Source of the DNA: Malacoraja senta
Taxonomy: Eukaryota
Assembly (NCBI GenBank): GCA_038087875.1
Contig: JAXLNO010000655.1
Coordinates: forward strand, 186,001 to 250,000
Length of the DNA: 64,000 nucleotides
Direction: 5' to 3'
Under the pieces are notes generated by a model, which did no database searches, had not been told where the DNA came from, and saw only the letters and a program-made list of their open reading frames with translations. A program made the translations under genes and the position numbers. Below, in pieces: positions 13,251 through 25,934 of this stretch. Within the stretch, counting starts at the first letter, position 1; each line of letters opens with the position of its first letter.

Positions 13251-14488
13251 GACACCATGGAAACAGGCCCTTTGGTCCAACTTAGCCATGCTGGCCAAAT
13301 CGCTTAATTGATCCACTCCCACTTGCCTGTGACTAGCCCATATCCCTCCATTGTTATCCATGTACCTATCCATTAAATATATCCTTTAAATGTTGTAGTT
13401 GGCCCCACCTCTATAACTTGCCCTGGCAGTTCATTTCATATAGGCACCACACTATGTGAAATAGTTGTCCCTCAGCTTTCTATTAAATCGTTCCCATCCT
13501 ACGTTAAATCTATGCCCTAACTGTGTCTCATCACCTTATCCACGCCCCTCATGATACATCTATGATTTCACACCTCAGCCTTACAGTATATGCTCCAGAA
13601 AAATAAGACCCAATCTATCTAGCCTCACTATATAGTTAACCCCTCAGGATTTGGCACCATCCCCATGAATCTTATTTATACCCTTTCCAGTTAAATAACA
13701 TCCTTCCTATAGCAGAGTGACCAGAACTGTATGCAGTGCTACAAATGTGACCTTCTTCAGTCTGAAGAACTGCCCCGACCTGAAACGTTGCCCATCTATT
13801 CCCAAAGGAGGTGAGGCATGAAATGAACTGCCAGAGCAAGTTATAGAGGTGGGTACAGCTACAACACTTAATGGATACTTGGATAGATACATGGATAGCA
13901 AAGGTTTGGAGGGATATGGGTTAGTGGCAGGCAAGTGGGAGTAATCAATTACGCGATCTGGCCAGCATGGATATGTTGGACAGAGCACGGCAAGTTTTCG
14001 GTGGTACAGGTGAGGGGAGGGGGGAGGGGATTGACCCGCAGATGGTGGACTAAGGCCAAAGATGAAAAAGGAGAGAAACGGAATGAAAAGTAAAGTCAGA
14101 GAGAGGGATATAGGTGGGACAGGTTGAGCTCCAGCATATAGATTAACAAAATATTTATTAGTCAACCACAATTACATTGTCCCCAAATTGCAAACACTGA
14201 AATATGGAATTAATTGCATTTGCGTTCTTGGGTTGAACAATTCATCTGACTGGTTGCCATCATTGACTTTCAGTTTGTCGTCAGCCAAGCCAAGGTACTG
14301 CTCGTTTATCTGTTTTGACATTTCTCCTTATACCGCAGAGGGTGCCAAGTCTGCATATGGCCGAGTGACTGATGAAGATGTAAATCTATTTTTGTCAGGG
14401 GATAGAAATCTGTGTTATTAGGTCCAAGTTTACATCAGTCTTCCCACCCCAGCACGTTGATGCATGGCAGTGCTAGTATCAGAAAACT

Positions 14489-14680
14489 AGATGGACACAA
14501 AATGCTGCGGTAACTCAGCGGGGAAGGTAGCATCTCTGGAAAGGTCTGAAGAAGGGCCTCGACCCAAAATGTCACCCATTCCTTTTCTCCAGAGATGCTA
14601 CCTGACCCGCTGAGCTACTCCAGCCTTTTGTGTCTATATTCGGTGTAAAACCAGCATCTGTAGTTCCCTCCTGTACGTAT
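14489..14680. mobile_element. Palindromic Penelope-like terminal repeat pair
   Basis: gacacaaaatgctgcggtaactcagcggg...ctgaagaagggcctcgaccc...cccgctgagctactccagccttttgtgtc. Confidence 0.75.
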
Positions 14681-15104
14681 ATCAGAAAACTAGGTTAAGC
14701 ACCTCCTGCATTGAGTGACTCATGTTCTGACACCCCAAAGCCTTTCACAATCTGCAAGGCACATGTCAGGAGTGTGGAAACACTGGAGTCTGCAGATGCT
14801 GGAATCTCGAGTGAAAAGCAATGTGCTGGAGGAACACAGCAGGTCATTGAGTCTGAAGAAAGGTCTCAACCCAAAATGTCACCTATTCCTTTTCTCCAGA
14901 GATGCTACCTGACCCGCTGAATTACTCCAGCCTTTTGTGCCTATGGTCATAGAGTTGCATAGCATGGAACAGACCCTTTGGCCCAACATGCTGACCAAGA
15001 TGCTCCATACAAGATAATCCCATTTACCAGCATTTAGCCCATGTCCTTCTGTACCTTTCCTCTCCATGGACCTGTCAAAATGTCTTTTAAATGTTGCTAT
15101 TGTA

Positions 15105-15674
15105 GAAACTAATGGACTATGGGTTAATAACTGGAAAAAAGCTAATTCTAAAATTTTGGAAGAAGGCTCCAATACCAACTATAAATATGTGGATTTCAAA
15201 TATGTTTGAAACATTACACCTAGAAGAGATAAGACTCCTCCTAGCAGGGAAACCAGATCACTTCCACCTGACGTGGTCTGCATTTATAGAATTATTACAA
15301 ACATAGGGTGCAAAAGTACTTAAAAAGAAAAATCAAAAAAAAATTGAGGTCAGGTAAGGGGGGATGATAATTGAAGAGTTGGTATGTCCCATTTACGTAA
15401 TGCTCATAAAAATATTTGTTTCTCTCTTTTTCCTCTTTCTCTCTTTCTTTCTTTCTTTCCTATGGTCTATTTCTTAACTCTTTTTCTTTTGTTTTTAATT
15501 TTGCTCTTATAGGGTCTTCGTCCTTTTTGTTGTCACATTTCCTACACTTTCACTTTTTCCTTCACTTTCTTCTTTCTTTCAATCTTTTCCTTTTCTAGTG
15601 TAAAAAATAAAGGGAGTACATTGTATGTGGTTGTAATGTAATGTACTTCTAATAAAATACAAATTTAAAAAAAA
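15105..15674 (+). mobile_element. 5'-truncated L1 LINE (ORF2 C-terminus, 3' UTR, poly-A)
   Basis: 'GLITGKKLILKFWKKAPIPTINMWISNMFETLHLEEIR...FHLTWSAFIELL' is an L1 ORF2 end. T-rich 3' UTR, aataaa and poly-A follow. 16-bp TSD aaatgttgctattgta at 15089-15104 and 15675-15690, at a TTTT/AA-type site. Confidence 0.92.
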
Positions 15675-17124
15675 AAATGTTGCTATTGTACCTGCCTCGT
15701 TCCACATGCCCACCACAGTCTGTGAGGAAAAAGTTGCCGCTTGGGATCATGCAAAGTGTTTTCTTTCTCATTGAAAACATGTCCTCTAGTTTTTGATTGC
15801 CTGCCTATACAATGGGCCAAATGCAGGCAAATGGGACTAGTTAGATGGGGCGTCTTGGTTGGCGTGCATGAGTTTGGCAGGCATCGTTTTAAGGTGAATA
15901 GGAGAAAGTGTAAAGAAGATATGTAGGGCAAGCCTTTTAGACTGAAGGTGGTGGGTGCCTGGAATGCGCTGCCAGGGATGGTGCTGGAGGCAGATATGAT
16001 CGTTGTATTCAAGAGGTTTCTGAACAGACATATGGATATGCAGGGAATGGAGGGTGTGAGCAGGCAGAGAAAATTGGTTTAGCTTAGCCTCAAGCTCAAT
16101 GTGGACCATATGGGCCAAAGAGCCTGTTCTTGTGCTGTACTATTCAAAGCTCCAGATCTTTCCTGTTTGATATGTCCTTCTGATAGGACTTTCCAGAGCT
16201 TTGCTGGCAGATGGGAAGATGCTGGTGTGCATGTAGCAAATTGCCATTGACTGCTCTACATCAATCTAGTTTTTTAACTTTTTAGAGCTACCATCAAAAA
16301 TAAAAACACTGGGACTTTCATGGTTTTACTCTTTTCAGATACGTCTCCCCTCAGCCTCATTTGCTCCAAGGAAACAGTCCCTAATAACAATCGCTCATCA
16401 TGCTTTTAGTTCTCAGCTTGGCTTCATTCCAATAAAACCTCCCTGCATCTCTCCCAGTGCAGTCACATCATTCCTGTGGTATAATATATAGTTCCTTTAT
16501 TCAAACGGTAACAACGTCAGGCACTAATGCAATTATTGTGACAGATAAATCATAGTTTTAATGATCGTAGTACTACTTAGATTATTTATGGCCAAACCTG
16601 AAATTTGCAAGTGGATCCCGAGATATTTCATCTCCTGTTGGCACCACCTTCCCTAACTTCAAGGACAATAAAATCTGCCTGAACCTTACCCAGACAGAAG
16701 GAACTGCAGATGCTGTCATCTGGAGTAACGCACAAAGTACTGGAGGAGCTCAACAGACCAGGCAGTATCTGTGGTGTGAATGAAGAAGGGTCCCAACCCA
16801 AAATGTCATCTGTCCATTCCCTCCACATATGCTGCCTGGCCCGCTGAGTTCCTCCAGCACATTGTGGTTTGACCCTTACAATGGAATGAACAACCATTCC
16901 CAGCATTTCAACCCAAATCTTCACCTTAACAGACTCAATCTCTTGAATCATACACTATTCGTTAGGAAACGGGCATGAAAATAAATTTACAATATCTCAT
17001 ATTGTTTCACATGTGATGAATTAGTATGTTCTATAGTCTGTACTACACAGCCATCTTGCATAGACTAGTACAATGGAAGATGAATCAAACATATGCCTGA
17101 GGGTCCAATTTGGTGCAGCAACAG

Positions 17125-17582
17125 GTTCGCGAGGAACTGCAAGAAATTGCAGAGAGTTGTGGATGAAGCCCAGTGCATCACACAAACCAACCTCCCTTCC
17201 ATTGACTCCATTTACACTTCACTCTGCCTCGACAAGGTCACCAGCGAATTTCACCCCGGTCACTCCCTCCTCTTCCCTCTCCCATCAGGCAAAAGGTACA
17301 GAAGTGTGAAAACGCACACCTCCAGATTCAGAGACCGTTTCTTCCCAGCAGTTATCAAGCAACTGAACCATCCTATCCACAACTAGAGAGCAATCATGAG
17401 CTACTATCTAACTCATTGGAGACCCTTGGACTGTCTTTAATCGGACTTTACTGCACTTTATCTTGTACTAAACGTTATTGCCTTTGTCATGTCTCGGTAC
17501 ATGGTGGGCGGCTCGATTGTAATCATGTACAGCCTATATGCTGACTGGTTAGCGCGCACCAAAAGTTCTTCACTGTACCTCG
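17125..17582 (+). mobile_element. Rex-Babar LINE 3' fragment (tail resumes at 19291-19460 after the hAT insertion)
   Basis: 'CKKLQRVVDEAQCITQTNLPSIDSIYT...HPGHSLLFPLPSGKRYRSVKTHTSRFRDRFFPAVIKQLN'. The tail 'cactgtacctcg|gtacacatgacaataaac' is split. Confidence 0.88.
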
Positions 17583-19290
17583 CAGGCACGTGCCGTGAGT
17601 AATTACTCAGGGTAGGCAGTCAGTCGACTTTAAAAAAAATCTTAAACTGCGCATGCCAGATTGTTCTCCTCTCCGTAAGCTGTCAGTCGACTTTTATAAA
17701 GTAATTTGTCTTCAAAAGCCATATCTCTTAACAAAGTACCGTATTTCCCGGTAATGAAGACGCACTTGCGACGAAGATGCACCCCCATTTTGAATTGCTA
17801 ACTTTTGAAAAAAGGCTGGCGGGACATAGAATTTCTCACGCTCAAACAAGTAAAAAATTAAAATAAAGAAAGTAACAATTCAATTTTCCCAAGGCATCGA
17901 AATCTCCTCCATTCTGAATTACTGAATGGGTGGGGGGTGGAGTGTGATGGCAGGTGGAGAGATGGTGAGATAAATGGGAGCACACCGGGACAAGGTGAAT
18001 CAGTTGTGTTCTTTATTGAATGACAATACTAGTTCAAGGGCCCAATTGGGGGGAGAGTTCCTTTCACAGAGTGTGGTGAGTCTGGCCCGGGTCAGCGTGA
18101 TCAAGGGACCAATTGAGGTTACTCGTGCTGACAGAGGAGTAAGCTCCATCGCCCACTGTCCTGTTATCCATCGCCCCCTGACCCGCTCTTGAGCTGGTCC
18201 CCTCACTGTCCCGTCTACATTGAAAGACACGGACCGGTCAGTGAATGCCATGCGGGAGCAAGTGAGGCCATGTCCTGCTCCCGGCTGCTGTCGGAATTTA
18301 AGGATTTGCGGGAAGCGGCTGACATGAGCGAGGCTGGCGAGCGGCAGGAGAGAGGGGTTCAGACAGAGAGCACTGCCAGAGGTGAGCGGGCCGGCAGAAG
18401 GCGCTGATGTGGTGGCCAGTTCCGGCGGCCGCTCGCAGCCACTCGAGCCACTTCCCTCCCTGGCCACAATATGGTAGCTCTGCGCCCGGAGCGCCGCAGC
18501 AGTGAGTGATTGAGTTGCTGGCATGATTCCCGAACCCCTTCTTCTCAACGCTCCTGCCCTCCCCACAACTTTATCCCTGGCCAGATTCCCCACATGCTGT
18601 GAAAGGAACTCCCCCCCCACAGTGGCGCTGTCCTTTTACAGCCGCTTCTCATCAGCTGCCAGCAATGAGGGATAGACTTGGCTATCCCTCAGTACAGCAA
18701 CATCGTTCTTGATGCTATACTGAGGGATAGCCAAGTCTATCTTTCTTGGCTAACAACCTAACCTTCGGCCTCCAAGAGGCAGGTAAGTTTTTGTGCCTTA
18801 TTTTTGGGTAAAAAATAGCGTCTTCATTGCCGGGAAATATATAGCTCAAAGAAATATATAGCTCAAAACATATAGCTCAAAGAAATTTACTTACCACATT
18901 ATTTGTACACAAACTCCATTCTTCTCTCTTTGTTTCTTAAGATACTCCTAAGATAATGACAATCCATGTATGAAAAACCCGTCAAGAAACTTGCGTTGCG
19001 CAGCACATGCACACAGTCCACGGTGCAAAGGCAGAATTTCAGCTGCCTTCAGCTCCCTTTGTCACTGAAGGCTTGAAGCTGCGTCGACGGAACGTGAGCT
19101 GCACACACTTTCGCGTATTACATGTACTGCGGATGAAAGGAACGGGAGAATTATGCCTACCTAAGAGATCGATTTCTTAGGTGGCCATAATTCTCCCGTG
19201 CCTTTACTATTTATATTTAATAATTACCATTTTAGAATTTTAGTCAGGGTAGGCACTGCGTACCTTGCGTACTCTGACGGCACGTGCCTG
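17583..19290. mobile_element. Non-autonomous hAT-type DNA transposon (1708 bp)
   Basis: Perfect 14-bp TIR CAGGCACGTGCCGT / ACGGCACGTGCCTG. 8-bp TSD gtacctcg at 17575-17582 and 19291-19298. Confidence 0.9.
17739..18840. mobile_element. Non-autonomous Tc1/mariner (pogo/Tc2-like) element nested in the hAT element
   Basis: Left end TA|CCGTATTTCCCGGTAATGAAGACGC. Right end GCGTCTTCATTGCCGGGAAATA, with the terminal CGG missing. Confidence 0.8.
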
Positions 19291-19308
19291 GTACCTCGGT
19301 ACACATGA

Positions 19309-19310
<2 letters not shown>

Positions 19311-19341
<31 letters not shown>

Positions 19342-19460
19342 TAAACTAAACAAATTAAACAAACTAAACTAAACTAAACTAAACTAACTGAACTAAACTA
19401 AACTAAACTAAACTAAACTAACTAAACTAAACTAAACTAAACTAAACTAACTAAACCAAA
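19311..19460 (+). repeat. (TAAAC)n microsatellite (expanded retroposon tail)
   Basis: About 150 bp of ctaaa repeats. Confidence 0.95.
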
Positions 19461-22009
19461 CTCCCAGCTCCCTTCAGGCAGATGATACAAAAGCTTGAAA
19501 ACACGCACCACCAGATTCAAGAGCAGCCTCTTTCTTGCTTTTACCTGACTACTGAACAGATCGCTTAATAAGCTAGTGCGTATTCCCGATCTCTCCATTT
19601 TTTATATCTGCACTTTCTCTGCAGCTGCAGCATTAAATTCTGCCCTTCGTTTATTTTCTCTTTACCTCTGCCCTACCAGGTGTACCCTTGTGTGGTGTGA
19701 TTTGCCTGAACAGCACGTAAATCACAGTCCTTCGCTGTATCTCGGTACATGCGACAGTAACAAACCTGTACCGATGTTGAGAGGTGCCGATCAGACAGTT
19801 ATTGTGTTGTGTTATCTGTCACGTTATGGATAACATGTTTAACTCACAGTCAAAGGGTTGGATGTTTAATTTATCCTGGCACTCCACTCTAGTGACAAGG
19901 GAAAGCTGATTGAGCTGTCAGAAGAACCACAGGTGAGATGTCAGATTGAGCCTGTATATTCTCACAGGAATATACTTCATGGAAACAGGCCCTTCGGCCC
20001 AGCTCGTCTATGCCAACCAAAATGCCCATCCACACTAGTCCCATTTGCCCACATTTGATTAATATCACTCTAACCCTTTTGTAAATTCCTGAATCTGTCT
20101 AAATGTTGTTTAAACACCGACATTGTACCCATCTCTACAGCTTCCTTTGGCAGCTTGTTCCATAAATCCACCACCCACTGTGTAAAGAAATTGCCCCTCA
20201 GATCTCTTTCAAGCCTTTCCCCTCTCACCTTAAATATAAAGTAATGCATGGGAAGAAGTGGAGTAATGTATCTTGTAAGATTACCACCTTATTGTATATT
20301 AAGTAGCTGGTGGTACTTAGTAATAACACTGATAAACATCCACATTAACATCTTGGAACAGATGATATTCCCTGAATGGTAGGTTTTACTTAAGCTGAAA
20401 GGATCAAATTAATTGCATCCATGAAATAAATGGAAGCTAAATCGCATTTATTCCACAATCGCAATCTTCTTTTCCGCTTTCAGCTACATATAAACTGCTT
20501 TAAAACCTTTAATGTTCGGTGAAGATAATCTGTTATCGGTGAACATTTATACAGGTATTTGTGTAGGAAGGAACTGCAGATGCTGGTTTAAACTGAAGAT
20601 AGGCACAAAGCGCTGGAGTAACTCAGTGAGTCAGGCAGAATCTCTGGTGAAAAAGGATGGGTGACATTTCAGATCGGGACTCTTCTGATTCGGGTTGTAA
20701 CCCAAAATGTCATCCATCCTTTTTCTCTAAAGATGCTGCCCGACCCACTGAGTTACTCAAACATTTCTATGCTGTTGCATTTGGTTCCTGCAAACAGATG
20801 GCACTAGAGAACATCCATGCATACAGACATGTGAACTAGGAGTAGCAGTAGGACACTCGGCCCCTCCAGCCTGACCTGCCTTTCACAAAGGTCAAGAGAG
20901 ATCTGATTATATCCTCAACCCGTAATAACCTTTCATCGTGTTTGTTAACGAATCTACCCACCTCTGCCTTAAAAATGCTTTAAAAGGATCAGCTTCCACA
21001 ACCATTGATAGAAGACATGACCCTCTGAGGGAAAGTAATTTGTCTGTCCTCTCCCTTATTTTTAAACAGAAACTTTTCCCACAATCAAAGGCTCCTTTGG
21101 GAGACCTGATCATCTGGCACAGTGAGCTTGTTATGCCTTCAAAGGCCAGTAGGTTTGCACCACCTTCTTTATCCTGTGGGAATTTGTTCTTTTTCAAATA
21201 TACATCAAATTGGGCCAACAGTATGAATATGGAATTCTCCAATTTCAAGTCATTGTCTCCCTGCTCTCGTTCCCCTCTCCCCCACCCATCCCTGGCACAG
21301 CATTTAGTGTTGCTGCTCCATAGCTCCAGCAACCCAGGTTTGTTAATTTGTGTTTATTGTGTGTTTTGTTATTTATTATTATATGTATGACTGCAGGCAA
21401 TGAAATTTCGTTCAGACCGAAAGGTCTGAATGACAAATAAAGGAATCTCTAATCTCTAATCTCAATCCAGACTTCCGGTGCTGTCCATGTGAAGTTTGCG
21501 CATTATCCCTGTGACCGCCTGGGTTTTCCTTGGGTGCTCCGGCTTCCTCTCACATCCCCAAAACCTGCTGGTAGATTGGATGGCTGCTGCAGTTTACACC
21601 TGGAGCAGGTTAATGGCAAAACTAGTCAAGGGGAAAGACGGGTAGCAAAATGAGGGAGACTAAATTACATCGGCAAGAGGGAAATAAAGGAGATGGCTGA
21701 CGGGATTGCTTCCCTGAGAGCTAGCCTGTACCCGAAGGGCTGAATGGCCATCATCTGTGTCATTGTGTTTATAAAATAAAATTAAAAAATGCTTAGCCAG
21801 TCTTTATCATTGCTCTTTGTGAAACCTTTGTAATATGCCTGGCGGCTGCATCATTAAGGTTAAGAGGAACAAATGGGGGGATTAGGTGCCTTCTGCTGCA
21901 GCCCTATTCTGAAAAAGGGTCTCGACCAGAAATGTCACCCATTCCTTCTATCCAGAGATACTGCCTGTTTCGCTGAGTTACTCCAGCATTTTGTGTCTAT
22001 CTTCTATTC

Positions 22010-22300
22010 GGTGGCACAGCGGTAGAGTTGCTGCCTTATAAACATTTGCAGCGCCAGAGACCTGGGTTCGATCCCGACCACAGGTGCTGTCTGTACGGAA
22101 TTTGCATGTTCTCCCCTGCCTAGGTTTTCTCCGAGATCTTCGGTTTCCTCCCACACTCCAAAGACGTACAGGTTTGTAGGTTAATTGGCTTGGTACAAGT
22201 GTAAATTGGCCCTAGTGTGTGTAGGATAGTGTTGATGTGTCGGTGCGGACTCGGTGGGTTGAAGGGCCTGTTTCTGCGCTGTATCTCTAAACTAAAGTAA
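22010..22300 (+). mobile_element. HE1-type SINE
   Basis: tRNA head, V-domain and CR1 tail. Confidence 0.9.
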
Positions 22301-22687
22301 ACTAAAAATAAGATCTTGTTCATGATATGTTTTGCCTCAATTCCTTTTCGCTGCCTGGTCTCCATAATCCTGAATTCCTCAGTCCAAAATTCCATCCACA
22401 TAAGGTATAAAACATCTCTTAAAGAAGTACTACCTACTCTCCATTTTAAGTGATCAACTGATTTACCTGAAACTTTGCCATCCATTCATGGAATAATCCG
22501 CTGGGGATACCTACTTTCAGCATCTCACCTGTGAAGCTCCATTGAAATCTTGCATGTTTCAATGAGAACATCTCCCATTTAAAAAAAAAAAGACCTAGTT
22601 CCACCGTATCTGCTCAATTATCCCTCAAATACAGATTCCAGTATCATTCTGGTACACATCGACTGCCAGGTAACTATACCTTTCCAG

Positions 22688-22958
22688 GGTGGCACAGTGG
22701 TGCAGCGGTAGAGTTGATGCCTTACAGTGCCAGATACCTGGGTTCGATCCTGACTACTGGTGCTGTCTGTACAGAGTTTGTACATTCTCCCTGTGACCAC
22801 GTCGGTTTTCTCCGGTTTCCTCCCACACCACAAGGACATAATTGGCTTCTGTAACTTGTAATTGTCCCCAGTTTGTAGGATAGTTCTAGTGTACGAGGTG
22901 ATCGTTGGTCAGGGCAGACTGGGTGAGCCAAAGGGTCTGTTTGCATTCTGTATCTCAA
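22688..22958 (+). mobile_element. HE1-type SINE
   Basis: ggtggcacagtggtgcagcggtagag...ggttcgatcc, then the V-domain and tail. Confidence 0.88.
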
Positions 22959-23771
22959 AAGTCAAAACAAGGAAACCGTAACTGGAGGTAGTACTCCAGG
23001 TGTGGTGTTACCAACTCTCTATGCAGTTGCTGTAGAAGTTTGAGGGTGTAGAGAACCATGGGATAAATGCAGGCAAATGGGACTAGTTTGGTCAGCATGG
23101 ACAAGGTGGGCCGAAGGGCCTGTTTCCATGCTGAATGGCTCTATGAAACTATCGCCTCCCTGCTTCCATCTCTCTTGCAATTCCATTGTCTTCTTAATCA
23201 CTTCTCGGTAACTTTGTGTTTCTCATAACCAGATCACTCTGAATGCAGAGACTTAATAGTTTCACGCTATTTATAATCTGTTCCTTTCTATTCTTTCTAT
23301 CAAGTAAATAATCTTACATTTGCCCACTGGCCTTTATGCCCAGTCACTGAACATATTTGCATTAATGAATAAACTCAGTATTTTAGTCACAATTTACATT
23401 TCCATCTTTCTCAGTATCAGCGGAAGACTGGGATATAATATGTGTGGTCTAATTCCTACTAATTAATTAGTATGGATTATAAATAACTGAACCCTGTGCT
23501 GATTTCTGTGGCACTCCACTGTTTACAGCTTGCCAATATGAATATGACCTTTTTTATATTTATACTTTGCTATCTCTCTGTTAACTAAACCAATTTAAAT
23601 GCTAATCTGTCAGCTTCAACCCCATGTGTCCTTACCCTATGCAATGTCATTTTATGAGACACTTTATCAAATACCTTTAGAAAATCCAGATACATTACAT
23701 TTGCAGGCTACCCTTTATCTATCCTGCTGGCTACATCCTTTGAGCAATTTTTTTAAAGCAAAATTTCCCTA

Positions 23772-24025
23772 ACGACCAGGTTCAGGAATAGCTACTTCCC
23801 CACAGCCATCAGGCTATTAAACTTGGCTCGGACAAAACTCTGAACATTTTAATAGCCCATTATCTGTTTATTTGCACTTTATCAGTTTATTTATTCATGT
23901 GTGTATATATTTATATAATGGTATATGGATACACTGATCTGTTCTGTAGTCATGCCTACTATGTTCTGTTGTGCTGAAGCAAAGCAAGAATTTCATTGTC
24001 CTATCAGGGACATATGACAATAAAC
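23772..24025 (+). mobile_element. Rex-Babar LINE 3' end
   Basis: accaggttcaggaatagctacttccccacagccatcaggctattaaac (TRFRNSYFPTAIRLLN) plus a tail that resumes at about 24928. Confidence 0.75.
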
Positions 24026-24927
24026 CACCTTACAATCCACCTTACAATCCACCTTACAATCACTAAGCACACTACAAAAAAGAGCTATTCGTATAGTAAA
24101 CAATGTAGGATATCATGAACACACCAATATACTGTATTTAAAATTACACACCTTGAAGATTAAGGATCTGGTAGAATTTAAGACTGCACAAATAATTTAT
24201 AAAGCAAAAAATAAACTGCTACCTGTAAACATACAAAAACTGTTCAGAGACAGAGAGGGGGGTTATAACTTTAGAGGGAAACTAAACTTGAAACAGCATT
24301 ATGCTCGGACCAATTTAAAAAGTATGTGTATTTCCATTTGTGGGGTGGTTTTGTGGAATGGTCTTGACGAAACGATTAAACAAAGTATGAATATAATGCA
24401 ATTTAAAAAAATGTACAAAAGATATATCTTTGAAAGGTACAGTAATGAAGAAGGAGAATGTAAATCTCACAGATGTTAATGGTGCTTGTTCTTTTTGTTC
24501 TTTTCTTTTTTTGTTCTTTTTTTCTTAATAGCTTGATTGGAGTAGTTGTATTTGAATTGTCTGTTTAGTTTATTTTATTGTATTTTGCATTTGTTAATGG
24601 TGAAGAATGGGGGTAGGACTTGACAAGCATGGGCTTCTTCCTATCCCTTTTCGAACGAGTCTAATGTGTATTATGTTGAAATTGGCTTTTGATTTTTTAA
24701 TTTATGTATGTACATATATGTTATGTATATGTGTATGTGTGTATATGTGTATATGTATGTATGTATGTATATATGTACATGTATATGTATGTATGTGTGT
24801 ATGTATTTATGTATATATATATATATATATAATTTTCCTTTATTTATTATTCATTTTCATCTTTTCTTTTCTTCTTTTTTTAATCGTTCGAAATAAAAAG
24901 ATATCAAAAAGATATCAAATCAAATAA
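24026..24927 (+). mobile_element. Crack/Daphne-like (L2-group) LINE 3' fragment
   Basis: Open frame 'LQKRAIRIVNNVGYHEHTNILYLKLHTLKIKDLVEFKTAQIIYKAKNKLLP...RTNLKSMCISICGVVLWNGLDETIKQSMNIMQFKKMYK'. 3' UTR has a stem (ggggtagga...tcctatccc) and a (TATG/TA)n run. Confidence 0.8.
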
Positions 24928-25074
24928 ACTCTCTTGAATCTTGAATCTTGACTCCACCTCATCCTATTTGCTTTTCTTATGCTCTGTTAACACATTCTTG
25001 ATAATGGGTTCCAGGTTTATCCAGACTACCAATGCATCATAATCTACTTTAAATTTCAAAGACGTAACGGGAGT

Positions 25075-25575
25075 CATGGAATCACACACTACGGAAACAG
25101 GTCCTTTGGCCAAACTCATCCAAATCGATCAAGATGCCCCATTTAAACTCGTCCCATATACCTTTGTTTGTCACATATCTCTCTAAGCCTTTACTATCCA
25201 CGCACCTGTCTAAATGTATTTTAAGTGCTGTTTATCGAATCTGCCTCAACTACTTCCTTTGTCAACTCGTTCCATAAAACCACCTTCTGTGTGAAAAGGT
25301 TGCCACTCAGATTCCTACTAAATCTCTCCCATCTCGCCTCAACCCGTGGCCTCTGGTTCTTGATTACCCCAACCCTGGGAAAAAGATTCATTTTTTCTAT
25401 CATGCATTTACTATCCATTCCCCTCATGCTTTTATACATTGCTATAATATCACCCCTCAGCCTCACGCCATCCAAGGAATAAAGTCCTAGCCTTCCCAAC
25501 CTCCCCTTTACCTCAGGCCTTTGAGTCCTGCCAAGAACCATGCACATTTTCTCTGCACCCTTTCCATTTTAATGG
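25075..25575 (-). mobile_element. Degenerate CR1 3' fragment
   Basis: 'RLGRLGLYSL..RLRGDII..YK.MRGMD...FTQKVV.LWNEL..EVVEA'. Confidence 0.85.
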
Positions 25576-25934
25576 CAACTAGCATGTAACCTATCTCATG
25601 AGCCCTTGGTATTGTTACGTAATCTGGTACTTCATCTCTAATAATACTAATTATGTTAAGCTTCTCACTCCCTTTTGGCCCTCAGTTACCTATTGTTGTG
25701 GCATTGTTTTTTATGTTGTCTGCTGTGAAAATAAAAATTAAAAAAAATTGTATCTGTGCCATTTCCCATTTCCCATTATTAATCCTCTTGCCTCGGTCTC
25801 CACAGAGATTATATTTCAATCCGCACTTCATTGATTGTTAGCCTTTTTGTAATCTCTTACAAGAGTTGGAAGAGGTGCTTTTGAAATGGAAATCTTTTAT
25901 TAATCACCAGACAGTGCATTCTGAATCTTAACAA

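Noticed and set aside
14339..14379. Possible micro-exon after a pyrimidine-rich acceptor (GAKSAYGRVTDED)
   Set aside because: Weak donor, unrecognised peptide, and no neighbouring exons to support it.
18000..18620. 206-aa ORF
   Set aside because: GC-rich transposon interior with a non-ATG start and no recognisable domain.
19893..19932. Possible 40-nt exon (ag|...DKGKLIELSEEPQ|gtgaga)
   Set aside because: The peptide is unrecognised and the region resembles a decayed Deu-domain SINE core.
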